Source of the DNA: an uncultured Clostridia bacterium
Lineage (GTDB): Bacteria; Bacillota; Clostridia; Oscillospirales; JAAYOS01
Assembly: GCA_947630675.1 (NCBI GenBank)
Contig: CANRIN010000001.1
Coordinates: 69,361 to 133,360, forward strand
DNA length: 64,000 bases
Direction: 5' to 3'
Position 1 is the first letter of the stretch; each line of letters opens with the position of its first letter. Both the position numbers and the translations under genes were made by a program. Shown here in pieces: positions 25,790-33,930 of the stretch. The notes below the pieces were generated by a model. It did no database searches and was not told where the DNA came from. It saw nothing but the letters and a program-made list of their open reading frames with translations.

Positions 25790-26428
25790 TCACTTTATCT
25801 CCTCCACCCTGCGGGAGAGGCCGCTCAGTATCCTCTCGACCGCCCCGTGTTTGAATTTGAAGCTTGATTTGTTGGCGATAAGCCGCGCGCTTATCGGAAC
25901 TATCGTGTCCACCACCTCGAGGTTGTTTTCCCGGAGCGTCGAACCTGTCTCGACTATGTCGACTATGACGTCGGAAAGGCCGACTATCGGTGCAAGCTCT
26001 ATCGAGCCGTTGAGCCGGATTATATCTATGTCGCGGCCGGTCGAGGCGTAGTACCTCTGCGCGATATGGGGAAATTTTGTCGCGACGCGCAGCGTGTGGC
26101 GCTCTTCGCCGCGGCATCCGCACGGAGCCGCGACGGCCATCCTGCACTTTCCTATCCCGAGGTCCAGGAGCTCGTAGACCTCCGGCTCGTACTCGAGCAG
26201 GATATCCTTTCCGGCTATCCCGACATCCGCCGCGCCGCGCTCGACATATATCGCAACGTCCGACGGCTTCACCCAGAAGAAGCGCACGCCTGCCTCCGGA
26301 TCTTCAAAGACGAGCTTCCTTCCGTTCTCCTCTATCGCGGGACAGGAAAAGCCGGCGTCCGCAAGCATTCCGTAAGCCTTCTCGCCGAGCCGTCCCTTCG
26401 GCAGGGCAATATTCAGCATATCGCTCAT
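25790..26428 (-). CDS. hisG: ATP phosphoribosyltransferase, short (HisZ-dependent) form
   Basis: 212 aa. MLNIALPKGRL.E......L...G................F..V...D...YVE.G.AD.GI.GKD.L.E. Confidence 0.9.
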   Translation of the reverse strand: MSDMLNIALPKGRLGEKAYGMLADAGFSCPAIEENGRKLVFEDPEAGVRFFWVKPSDVAIYVERGAADVGIAGKDILLEYEPEVYELLDLGIGKCRMAVAAPCGCRGEERHTLRVATKFPHIAQRYYASTGRDIDIIRLNGSIELAPIVGLSDVIVDIVETGSTLRENNLEVVDTIVPISARLIANKSSFKFKHGAVERILSGLSRRVEEIK

Positions 26429-26430
26429 AC

Positions 26431-27366
26431 TCACATATCCTCCCTGACGGGGACGCGTTCGAGCATGTCCAGATAGACCGCAAATCCCACTGCCTTCGAG
26501 CTTCTTCCCATTCTGCGCATCAGCCTGTCGTATTGGCCGCCGGAAAGCACGCTTCCGGGCACTCCCTCCACGAATCCGGAGAAGATGATGCCGTTGTAAT
26601 AGTTCATGTCCCCGACGTTTGAAAAATCTACCCGGACATTCTTTGCCTCTCCGCCTAAAACGCTCAGAGCTTCCCGCAGCTCCTCTGTCTCGGGGCCGAT
26701 GCTGTACTCCTCGGATATGCCGTCGAGCCTGCGCAGCACGTCCGGCACCTCTCCGCAGATATCGAGGAGTCTGATGAGCGGCATATATCTCTCCTCCGCC
26801 ACGCCATGCGCAGAGCAGAGCTCCGCTATTCCGTGGCGGTTCTTTTCCCCGACACATTTCAGGACGGAAGCCCGGATATCTTCTCCTGTCGATATACGCG
26901 AAAGGAACGCGTCCAGTATACCGAGATGGGATACCTCGAGCAGATGATCGGCGCCGAGCAGGTCGAGACTTTCGGCCGCAAGCCGGAGCACTTCGCCCAC
27001 ATGCCCAATGTTTACTTCGCCGATGCACTCGAGCCCCGCCTGCATTATCTCCTTGAAGGCGCCCGTGCTCTTGGACACGCGGTAGACATTCTCGTTGTAG
27101 CAGAGGCGGTCCGGCTCGCCGGGCCGGTCGCGCCCGTTCTTGATTATCGAGAGCGTCACGTCCGGCTTGAGCGCCATGAGCCTGCCGCTGGTGTCCGTAA
27201 ATGTTATGATGCCGTCGGACACGAGAAAGTCCTTGTTGCGGCCGTACAGGTCGTACTCCTCGACTTTGTTCATTCGGTAACGCCGGAACCCGCTCTGCAT
27301 ATAGAGCGATCGGAGCGCGAAGATAAGCTTCTCGGTGTTGTCGAGGACGTCGAAATCTATGGTCAT
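26431..27366 (-). CDS. hisZ: ATP phosphoribosyltransferase regulatory subunit (HisRS paralog)
   Basis: 311 aa. HisS-like class II core without an anticodon-binding domain, directly upstream of the short hisG. Confidence 0.85.
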   Translation of the reverse strand: MTIDFDVLDNTEKLIFALRSLYMQSGFRRYRMNKVEEYDLYGRNKDFLVSDGIITFTDTSGRLMALKPDVTLSIIKNGRDRPGEPDRLCYNENVYRVSKSTGAFKEIMQAGLECIGEVNIGHVGEVLRLAAESLDLLGADHLLEVSHLGILDAFLSRISTGEDIRASVLKCVGEKNRHGIAELCSAHGVAEERYMPLIRLLDICGEVPDVLRRLDGISEEYSIGPETEELREALSVLGGEAKNVRVDFSNVGDMNYYNGIIFSGFVEGVPGSVLSGGQYDRLMRRMGRSSKAVGFAVYLDMLERVPVREDM

Positions 27367-27659
27367 AGTTCCTCACCGTTCTCGCGGAGGCGGTCTATCG
27401 CCGCCCTGTACCCGCCGCTGCCGTAGCTGAGGCACCGGCTCACGCGGCTAATAGTCGCGGAGCTCACCCCGACGTCCTTTGAGATCTCCTGATAGTTCAG
27501 TTTTTTGTCCAGCATGATCGCCGTATCAAGGCGCTGGGCCATCGACTGCATCTCATTTATCGTACAGAGGTCCTCGAAGAACGCGGCGCACTCCTTCTCG
27601 TCCTTCAGGCCTGCTATGACCCGGAACAGCCTGTCCAGAGAAGCGGAATGGTAATTCAT
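27363..27659 (-). CDS. YerC/YecD-family TrpR-like DNA-binding protein, first gene of the his operon
   Basis: 98 aa. ...FFEDLCTINEMQSMAQRLDTAIML.....Y.EI....GVSSATISRVSRCL.YG.GGY. ATGA overlaps the hisZ start. Confidence 0.8.
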   Translation of the reverse strand: MNYHSASLDRLFRVIAGLKDEKECAAFFEDLCTINEMQSMAQRLDTAIMLDKKLNYQEISKDVGVSSATISRVSRCLSYGSGGYRAAIDRLRENGEEL

Positions 27660-27706
27660 GGTTTATCCTCCGTCCATGCTTTGATTTAACTGTTTATTAT
27701 AATATC

Positions 27707-27724
27707 ACTTTAAAGCGATAAAGT
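27707..27724. promoter_or_regulatory. Candidate operator (inverted repeat) in the his-operon promoter region
   Basis: ACTTTA-AAGCGA-TAAAGT lies immediately upstream of the minus-strand (TGa)TATTATAAT -10 region at about 27693-27706. Confidence 0.3.
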
Positions 27725-27906
27725 AAAGAGCTATTTGCAAAATATTTCCCGGTCAGGCGGGATGTCTTTTTTCATCTCAAAAGAACGTATGATCCGCGCC
27801 TCAAAGCAGGATCATGCCCTTCAAAATACCGAATATGTACAGGCACAGACGTGCAGCCGCGCACAGGGCACGGCGCTGCCGCTTTCCCGACCTTCCGTCA
27901 GCGCGT

Positions 27907-27935
27907 TTGACGAAAGGCAGATTTTACGATATAAT
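27907..27935 (+). promoter_or_regulatory. Sigma-A promoter, now separated from its presumed gene by the inserted element
   Basis: TTGACG, 17 bp, TATAAT, followed by the SD-like AGAGAGGA at 27953-27960. Confidence 0.55.
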
Positions 27936-28121
27936 GTTATATACTTTATTGCAGAGAGGAAAAACAAAAGTCCCATTTCTAGATAAGTATTGATAAAGCA
28001 AACCACGCATAAATAATATGCCTTTTGATACGAAGGGATTGTTTCATAATTAAGGAACCGCTTCAAATTTGCACTTTCAATCAGGAACGCTAACATTATT
28101 CGATCTTGTTTGTTGTGGCAG

Positions 28122-28150
28122 TTGCATATTACAGTTTTATCTGGTATAAT
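28122..28150 (+). promoter_or_regulatory. Sigma-A promoter inside the element
   Basis: TTGCAT, 17 bp, (TGg)TATAAT. Confidence 0.55.
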
Positions 28151-28193
28151 ATCAATTAAAGAAAGTCTTGAAAAATCGTAGGAGGTGACAGAC

Positions 28194-28424
28194 ATGAAAA
28201 TGTTTAATCGGATTTTGAATACGATCATAGGTGCATTTATTGGAGTTTTTATCGGGCATGGAATATATGTATTATGGGATTTTAAGACTCATCCCGATTT
28301 ATATGCAATGCAGTCTGCGCCGTGGTACACAAGTATTTTATTATATGGTATATTAACGGCTATCGTTTTGGTTATAGCTATTATTATAAAGCTATTTATC
28401 CGACAAAAGTTAAAACAGCAATAA
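28194..28424 (+). CDS. 76-aa two-TM membrane protein of unknown function (passenger of the element)
   Basis: SD AGGAGGTG, 8 nt, ATG. The protein is MKMFNRILNTIIGAFIGVFIGHGIYVLW...WYTSILLYGILTAIVLVIAIIIKLFIRQKLKQQ. Confidence 0.6.
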   Translation: MKMFNRILNTIIGAFIGVFIGHGIYVLWDFKTHPDLYAMQSAPWYTSILLYGILTAIVLVIAIIIKLFIRQKLKQQ

Positions 28425-28586
28425 TTCAAGTTTGTCAGCAAATATCATTGCTTCATAATATCCTTAAGGAGCAAAATTATAACTATCAGTCATTTTCCTA
28501 TCAGCATTTTTGCGGGCAGGGATTTCTTTAAACATAATTGTGCAACCTGATAGTATCAATACTTATCTAGAAATGGGACAAACAAA

Positions 28587-29339
28587 ATGGAACTCTACTA
28601 CTTTTCCGCCACCGGAAATACCCTGTCCACGGCGAGGATGCTTGCGGACGAGCTCGGCGGCTGCAAGCTCATACCGATAGCATCCCTGAGCAAAACGGGC
28701 ACTATACATGTAACGGATGACGCCGTAGGCTTTCTCTACCCGATATACTACGGGGATATGCCGTACATAATTCGCAGCACGGTTTCCCGCATGGAGTTTG
28801 ACGGCGAGCCCTACATATTCGGGGTGTGTACATATCGCGGGTATATGGGGCCCTCCGGCCTGCGCCTGCATGACCTGCTCTCGAAGCGGGGGCAGAAGCT
28901 GTCGCTTTATCAGGGACTGAGCATGCCCGGCAACAGCCGCGAAAGCACGGCGGAGCATGTGCGCGAGTCCCTAGCGGCACAGCCCGGGAACGTGAAAGCG
29001 ATAGCGGATAGGATACGCCGCCGCGAGTCGGAGGAGTACACCGGTGAGCTGCCGGAGCCGTCGCCCGTCGGAAACGGCGCCGTGAATTTCCGCGGCATGA
29101 CCGCGGACGAGACGTGCATCGGCTGCGGGACCTGCGTCTCCGTCTGCCCGATGGACAACATCCGGCTCGTAAACTCCCACGCGGAGATCGGCCCGAACTG
29201 TCTCACCTGCCTTGCCTGCTTCCACTGGTGCCCGGCGGAGGCCATCTACATGTCACAGTCCGACGTGGGACAGCGCAGGCCGAAGTACCACCACCCGAAT
29301 GTGACCCTTGCCGACATCATAGCCGAAAAACAGCAATAG
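28587..29339 (+). CDS. EFR1-family ferredoxin (flavodoxin-like N-terminal domain plus a 2x[4Fe-4S] domain)
   Basis: MELYYFSATGNT...A..LA......I.... then CIGCGTCVSVCP....CLTCLACFHWCP. Confidence 0.8.
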   Translation: MELYYFSATGNTLSTARMLADELGGCKLIPIASLSKTGTIHVTDDAVGFLYPIYYGDMPYIIRSTVSRMEFDGEPYIFGVCTYRGYMGPSGLRLHDLLSKRGQKLSLYQGLSMPGNSRESTAEHVRESLAAQPGNVKAIADRIRRRESEEYTGELPEPSPVGNGAVNFRGMTADETCIGCGTCVSVCPMDNIRLVNSHAEIGPNCLTCLACFHWCPAEAIYMSQSDVGQRRPKYHHPNVTLADIIAEKQQ

Positions 29340-29393
29340 GTATTCCCAACGATTCCGTTCCGCTCCTGCAAGGATCAAACGCGCCAAATTGAG

Positions 29394-29445
29394 CCGTTAC
29401 AATAAAAGGCGAGGTTCCTCAGAACCTCGCCTTTTATTGTAACGG
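29394..29445. terminator. Bidirectional terminator (24-bp perfect stem)
   Basis: CCGTTACAATAAAAGGCGAGGTTC-CTCA-GAACCTCGCCTTTTATTGTAACGG, between convergent genes. Confidence 0.75.
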
Positions 29446-29512
29446 AAAATCCGATCGTCCGCGAAGCGGACACCGCCCCTCTTCACTCTTCACTTTTACC
29501 TTTTCACTGCCC

Positions 29513-29911
29513 CTATATCCCTATCCACCAGCACACGCCGTAGCGGTCGATGACGGTGGCGCAGCAGCTGTTCCAGGGGAGCTCATAGATGGGTTCCAGG
29601 ACTACGCCGCCGTCGCTCAGAACGTCGAGCGCGTTTTTCACCGCTTCCTCACTGCCGAGCTCAAACGCGTTGAACGTCATAGTCTGCCACTTCAACCGAT
29701 GGATAACGCTCACGTCGTAAGGCTTTGCGTAGGGCTCCGCCGCCTCCGCCGCGGCAAGCATGGGTTCGCCGTTCACCGAGAGCTCGCAGTGTTCGTAGGC
29801 AGTTCCGGCAGCGTTCTTTATCGCGAACGTCACCTCCGCCCCGAAGGCTTTGCAGTACGTTTCTACCGCCTCGAGGCTGTTCATCACATACACCTGCGGA
29901 TAGCACTTCAT
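29513..29911 (-). CDS. VOC/glyoxalase-superfamily protein (PhnB-like)
   Basis: 132 aa. MK.YP.V......EAVE.Y...FGAE.......... ending ..VIDRYGVCWWIG. Confidence 0.7.
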   Translation of the reverse strand: MKCYPQVYVMNSLEAVETYCKAFGAEVTFAIKNAAGTAYEHCELSVNGEPMLAAAEAAEPYAKPYDVSVIHRLKWQTMTFNAFELGSEEAVKNALDVLSDGGVVLEPIYELPWNSCCATVIDRYGVCWWIGI

Positions 29912-29973
29912 ATCAGTTTCCCTCCGATTTGTTTTTTAGTTCATTATAATGCGCTTTCTGCTCCGCGTCAATG

Positions 29974-30002
29974 TTGAACCGCGTTCGGAAATGTTGTATA
30001 AT
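29974..30002 (+). promoter_or_regulatory. Sigma-A promoter candidate for the sigma/anti-sigma operon
   Basis: TTGAAC, 17 bp, TATAAT. Confidence 0.5.
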
Positions 30003-30062
30003 ACCCATATAGACTCTATGGAATACGGCAAAACCCCGACAGATCCCGCGCGGAGGTGTTCT

Positions 30063-30539
30063 GTGAACGCGGAAGAGAAGGCGTTTGTGGAAAAACTGTA
30101 TATCGAGACGGCGCAGCTGCTCCTCGGCTACGCGCGGCGGCTCCTCGGCGACAGAGACCTTGCCGAGGAGGCGGTGCAGGACGCCTTTCGGGTGGCGTGT
30201 TCCCGCGCGGATGTGCTGATGGCGAGCGCGAACCCGCAGGGCTGGATGATGAACACCGTCAAGAACGTCTCGAGGAACATCGTGCGGAGCCGCGCGCGGT
30301 CTGCAACCTTCCTTGCGAAGATGCAGCTCGAGGAAAAGGCATATACCGAGCCGCACGACATACACGACCCGGACCTGCTCTATGAAAACCTGAAGAACAA
30401 CGAGGACTACCTGCTCCTGAGACGCCTCTCCGAGCCGGGGGCGACGATAGCGTCGGTAGCGCGGGAGCTCGGCATAGGAACGGAGGCCTGTTCAAAGCGG
30501 ATACAGCGGGCGCGGAAGCGGCTCCAAAAATATTTTTAG
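30063..30539 (+). CDS. Sigma-70 family (ECF-like) RNA polymerase sigma factor
   Basis: Region 2 (LLLGYARRLLGDRDLAEEAVQDAFRVA) and region 4 HTH (ATIASVARELGIGTEACSKRIQRARKRL). The GTG start follows GGAGGTG. An upstream ATG at 30018 is possible but lies too close to the promoter. Confidence 0.75.
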   Translation: MNAEEKAFVEKLYIETAQLLLGYARRLLGDRDLAEEAVQDAFRVACSRADVLMASANPQGWMMNTVKNVSRNIVRSRARSATFLAKMQLEEKAYTEPHDIHDPDLLYENLKNNEDYLLLRRLSEPGATIASVARELGIGTEACSKRIQRARKRLQKYF

Positions 30540-30600
30540 AAATTTTCAAAAAAACTGTCCCGAAATCGGGACGTGCGGACATACACAGTCGGAAGGAGGA

Positions 30601-31446
30601 ATGTCCGTGTCAAACAAGAAACGAAATTTCGGAGAGATGAGCACCGAGCGGCTGCGTGAGCTGCTCCGGCTGGACTTCTATCTCGACACCGAGGACGGCC
30701 TCTCCGGCGAGGAACTGCTCGAAATTAACAGGATACTTACCGAGCGGGAACCGGAAAGCGTGGAGGACATGCCGTCCGCGCCGGAGATGTGGCAGCGGTT
30801 CGAGCGGGACTATCTGCCCAACTTTGAGAGCGGGTCGCTCTATGCGGACGGAGAGGACGCCGAGCCCGAGCCTGTCATTTCGGTCAAGCGGGGCAGAAGG
30901 ATACGCTGGAGGAGCAGCGCGGTGAGCCGCGTCGCGAGCGTGCTGCTCGTGGTGCTGCTGCTCGTGGGTGCGGGTGCGGTGACGGCGGAGGCCGCGGGCT
31001 ACGGCTCGTGGGACGCGCTCAGCCGCCTCGCCTACGGTGCGTTCCGCTGGGATGGAGAGTCCGCCTCGCAGGCGCCGCTCCGCGAGGTGCTCGCGGCGTA
31101 CGACATGACCGACCCGGTCGCGCCGGAGTACATCCCGAAGGGGTACAGCCTCGACTGGGTGAACGTCAGTCAGGACGCCGTCCGCGTCAACTTCTACGCC
31201 AAGTATGAGAACAGAGACGCCGAGGTCCTGACGGTGCTCGTTACATTCTACTTCCCGGACGCCGACGAGAGCCCCGCTCCCGTCACGGAGGGGGAGAGCT
31301 ACTTCGCCGGCGGCATAGAGCACCGCATAGTCGAGCGCTCCGGACGCTGCTCGGCGGCGTGGGTGAACGGCCGGTACGAGTGCAGCATATCCGGCGGCAT
31401 CTCCGCAGAGGAGATGCGCGCGATGCTAGACTCTGTGTACAAATAG
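30601..31446 (+). CDS. Membrane-anchored DUF4367-type protein, probable anti-sigma factor
   Basis: 281 aa. Cytoplasmic N-terminus, a single TM (VASVLLVVLLLVGAGAV), and an extracytoplasmic C-terminus (PEYIPKGY.L..........V.F.Y). It lies directly after the sigma gene. Confidence 0.6.
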   Translation: MSVSNKKRNFGEMSTERLRELLRLDFYLDTEDGLSGEELLEINRILTEREPESVEDMPSAPEMWQRFERDYLPNFESGSLYADGEDAEPEPVISVKRGRRIRWRSSAVSRVASVLLVVLLLVGAGAVTAEAAGYGSWDALSRLAYGAFRWDGESASQAPLREVLAAYDMTDPVAPEYIPKGYSLDWVNVSQDAVRVNFYAKYENRDAEVLTVLVTFYFPDADESPAPVTEGESYFAGGIEHRIVERSGRCSAAWVNGRYECSISGGISAEEMRAMLDSVYK

Positions 31447-31494
31447 CCCTTGACATGGAGTCCGGTCAAAGTGGTAAAATAACCGGAGAGACAG

Positions 31495-32631
31495 GTGCGG
31501 GAAGAAGACCTGCGCCGCATACCAAACGAGGTGGATGGTTTGTCCGACTTTGAAGAGCTGCTGAAGGATCAGTGGCGGAGATATCCCATATTCGCGCCGC
31601 AGGACGCATGCAAGGCTATCGTGCAGGCGGTGCTCGGGCCGGAGCATTTCGTGAGCGACAGGGCGTCGGCGGCAAAACGGATAAAGGCGGAGCTTGAGAC
31701 GGTCGAGCAGGAGAACATTGAGCTGACGGAACCGCTCGGTGAGCGGTTCTGCCGGGTGCACCTCCGCGCGCTCGACGCTGCCGGTATCTCGCCGGACACG
31801 CTTGCGGGGCTCTTCACGCTCTCGAGCAGGACGGTCTGCGGAAGCACCGCCGAGCTGGAGGCGGCGGTCGCGGCGCTCATGGCGCTCGCGGGCGCGGGAG
31901 AAGCGCCGTTCGGCGCGGCGGAGGCGCGCGGGTACGTCGAAAAATGGCGCGAGGCGGGGTATCCCGCGATAAGCCACTCGGAGAGCTTCCACGCGGCGTA
32001 CCGCCCCGCGTACCGCGTGGCGGCGCGTGAGCTTATGCGGCTGATGCCGCTGTTCCGCGCGACAGACACGCTTCTCGCTGAGGGAAGGCGGCGCGTCGTC
32101 GTCGCGATAGACGGGATGTGCGGCTCGGGCAAGAGCACCCTCGCGGGCGTGTTGAAGGAGGTCTGCGGCTGCGCGGTGTTCCACATGGATGACTACTATC
32201 TCCGCCCGGAGCAGCGTACCCCGGAGAGGTATGCCGAACCGGGAGGGAACGTCGACCGGGAGCGCTTCCGTGAGGAGGTGCTCACCCCGCTCTCACGCGG
32301 CGATGAGGAGATAGTCTACCGCCCGTTCGACTGTGCGGAGATGCGCGTCGCGCCCGAGCGGCGCGAGCGTGTCGGAAGGCTCGCCGTGGTCGAGGGGTCG
32401 TACAGCCTGCACCCCGAGCTCGCGGGAATGTACGATATCCGCGTGATGCTCACGATAGACCCCGTAAAGCAGGAAAAGCGCATTCTCGAACGCGAGGGCG
32501 AGGATAAACTCGAGCGCTTCAGGAACGAGTGGATACCGCTCGAAAATCTTTACTTTGAAAAGACGCGAGTGAGAGAGCGGTGCGACCTCACTTTTGACGC
32601 GCCGAGGATAAAGTGGAGGGAGACGCAATGA
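31495..32631 (+). CDS. Two-domain protein: unknown N-terminal domain plus a uridine-kinase-like P-loop NTPase
   Basis: Walker A in VVVAIDGMCGSGKSTLAGVL, then FHMDDYYLRPEQRT...VVEGSY. The GTG start follows GGAGAG. Confidence 0.55.
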   Translation: MREEDLRRIPNEVDGLSDFEELLKDQWRRYPIFAPQDACKAIVQAVLGPEHFVSDRASAAKRIKAELETVEQENIELTEPLGERFCRVHLRALDAAGISPDTLAGLFTLSSRTVCGSTAELEAAVAALMALAGAGEAPFGAAEARGYVEKWREAGYPAISHSESFHAAYRPAYRVAARELMRLMPLFRATDTLLAEGRRRVVVAIDGMCGSGKSTLAGVLKEVCGCAVFHMDDYYLRPEQRTPERYAEPGGNVDRERFREEVLTPLSRGDEEIVYRPFDCAEMRVAPERRERVGRLAVVEGSYSLHPELAGMYDIRVMLTIDPVKQEKRILEREGEDKLERFRNEWIPLENLYFEKTRVRERCDLTFDAPRIKWRETQ

Positions 32632-33053
32632 AGGTTGCCGTGATAGACGGTCAGGGCGGAAGACTCGGCCAGACCGTGATAGAAAAGATATGCGAAAAGA
32701 ACATACCCTGCGAGCTCACCGCTATCGGCACCAACAGCGCGGCGACAACGGCTATGCTCCGCGCCGGCGCGAAGCAGGGCGCGACGGGGGAGAACCCGGT
32801 CGTCGTCGCGGCGCGCACGGCGGACGTGATAGTCTGCCCGATAGGGCTGCTCGCGGCGGACGCCCTCCTCGGAGAGGTGACCGAGAAGATGGCGGCGGCG
32901 ATAGGCCGCAGCAAGGCGACAAAGCTGCTGATACCGGTCAACATGTGCGAAAACGTGGTGGTCGGCACACAGTCTCTCTCGATGGTGCAGCTTATCGACG
33001 AGGCGGTCGCGATGCTCGAACGGCTCGTGCGGAACGGAAATGTGTCGCGATAA
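32628..33053 (+). CDS. DUF3842-family protein
   Basis: MKVAVIDGQGGRLGQ.......K........AIGTNS.AT..ML.AGA..GATGEN... is typical of this clostridial family. Confidence 0.7.
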   Translation: MKVAVIDGQGGRLGQTVIEKICEKNIPCELTAIGTNSAATTAMLRAGAKQGATGENPVVVAARTADVIVCPIGLLAADALLGEVTEKMAAAIGRSKATKLLIPVNMCENVVVGTQSLSMVQLIDEAVAMLERLVRNGNVSR

Positions 33054-33070
33054 CTTTACTTACGAAACAA

Positions 33071-33093
33071 GGGCGCGGATTCTATCCGCGCCC
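33071..33093. terminator. Bidirectional terminator hairpin between the DUF3842 gene and lexA
   Basis: GGGCGCGGA-TTCTA-TCCGCGCCC. Confidence 0.55.
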
Positions 33094-33109
33094 TCAATCG
33101 TCTACACCA

Positions 33110-33142
33110 GCCTCGCAGAGTTTCGCGCCGTTAGGCGCGAAA
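33110..33142. repeat. Single inverted module of the hairpin repeat family (locus F)
   Basis: GCCTCGCAGAGTTTCGCGCCGTTAGGCGCGAAA is the reverse complement of the module at 6512-6546 and 420-443. Confidence 0.75.
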
Positions 33143-33146
33143 CACG

Positions 33147-33737
33147 TTAGTATCTTCTAAATACTGCCTTCACCACTCCGAGGACATTGCAGCCCGGGGC
33201 GTATATCGGCTGATAGTCGGGGTTCTCGGGCATGAGCCACACATCCTGCCCCTTTATCGCAAGACGCTTGACTGTCGCCTGATCCTCTATCAGCGCGACG
33301 ATTATCTCACCCGTCATGGCGGTCTGCTGGCGGCGGACTATCACATAGTCCCCGTCGAGTATGCCCGCGCCCACCATGCTGTCGCCCTGAACGGTGAGAG
33401 CGAAATACTCGTCGGTGCTGCCGCGCTCCGGCTCGAAGGGGATGTAACCCTCGATCTCCTCGACGGCGAGTATCGGCTTGCCGGCGGTGACGCGGCCGAC
33501 GAGCGGCACCTTCCCGCTCGAGGATGTTCCGGCGGCGGTGAGGGCGCGGGTCTTGTGATCGTCCTTTGTGATATAGCCGAGGTCGCGCAGGGTCTTGATA
33601 TGCGCGTGGACGCTCGAGGGGCTCTTCAGCCCGACGGCGGCGCAGATCTCGCGGATGGAGGGGGGATAGCCGTGCTCCTGCGAGAAGGAGACGATGTAGT
33701 CGTAAACCTGCTGCTGCTTTGGAGTGATCGAGCGCAT
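33147..33737 (-). CDS. lexA: LexA repressor
   Basis: 196 aa. N-terminal wHTH (LTPKQQQVYDYI......GYPPS.REI), the A-G cleavage region, and the S24 peptidase Ser/Lys motifs (VQGDSM...I.DGD...V..Q......GEIV.A). Confidence 0.95.
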   Translation of the reverse strand: MRSITPKQQQVYDYIVSFSQEHGYPPSIREICAAVGLKSPSSVHAHIKTLRDLGYITKDDHKTRALTAAGTSSSGKVPLVGRVTAGKPILAVEEIEGYIPFEPERGSTDEYFALTVQGDSMVGAGILDGDYVIVRRQQTAMTGEIIVALIEDQATVKRLAIKGQDVWLMPENPDYQPIYAPGCNVLGVVKAVFRRY

Positions 33738-33840
33738 ATTGCACCTCCGTTATGTATGTGGAAAGCACCTTGTCGTTTCCCAAAGGGACATTCGCCGCGT
33801 TTCATTGAAAATATTATACCATGAGCGCAAGCGCGAATGG

Positions 33841-33930
33841 CATAATATGCTATGTTTTGCGGTTCCGCCCGAAAGGCGGGAGCAAAACGGCATTGAATCA
33901 AATATAATAATCGCTCTATGATTATTATAA
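33841..33930. repeat. Single unit of the 110-bp hairpin repeat (locus G), the same family as the array at 54038-54310
   Basis: TATGTTTTGCGGTTCCGCCCGAAAGGCGGGAGCAAAACGGCATTGAATCAAATATAATA....TATTATA matches the array unit almost base for base. Confidence 0.8.

Larger units (their letters stand above)
27970..28579. mobile_element. 610-bp non-autonomous (MITE-like) element with perfect 26-bp TIRs, an 8-bp TSD, and a passenger gene
   Basis: GTCCCATTTCTAGATAAGTATTGATA at 27970-27995 equals the reverse complement of 28554-28579 (26/26). AAACAAAA is duplicated at 27962-27969 and 28580-28587. The interior is markedly AT-rich and has no transposase ORF. Confidence 0.8.

Noticed and set aside
24513-26147. 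A 544-aa version of hisD.
   Set aside because: The first 122 aa are an Arg-rich read-through over hisG. HisD similarity starts at MKFGEV (25781).
25790-27376. A 528-aa ORF spanning hisG and hisZ.
   Set aside because: Only the last 212 aa (from MSDMLNIALPKGRL) look like HisG. The upstream part is an out-of-frame read over hisZ, which is convincingly encoded by 26431-27366.
27821-28228. A 135-aa minus-strand ORF in the AT-rich region.
   Set aside because: It crosses the left TIR and the element boundary, has no SD, and is low-complexity. It is most likely spurious.
27970-28579. Invertible promoter switch (inverton) bounded by the 26-bp inverted repeats.
   Set aside because: The perfect 8-bp direct duplication of the flanking target and the reconstitutable SD-ATG site argue for transposition. 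No invertase gene is nearby. This remains testable with read-orientation data.
33738-33830. A canonical Firmicute LexA box (CGAAC-N4-GTTCG) directly upstream of lexA.
   Set aside because: No exact box is present in the proximal 100 bp. Only the degenerate distal palindrome at 33940-33962 was found and reported as tentative.
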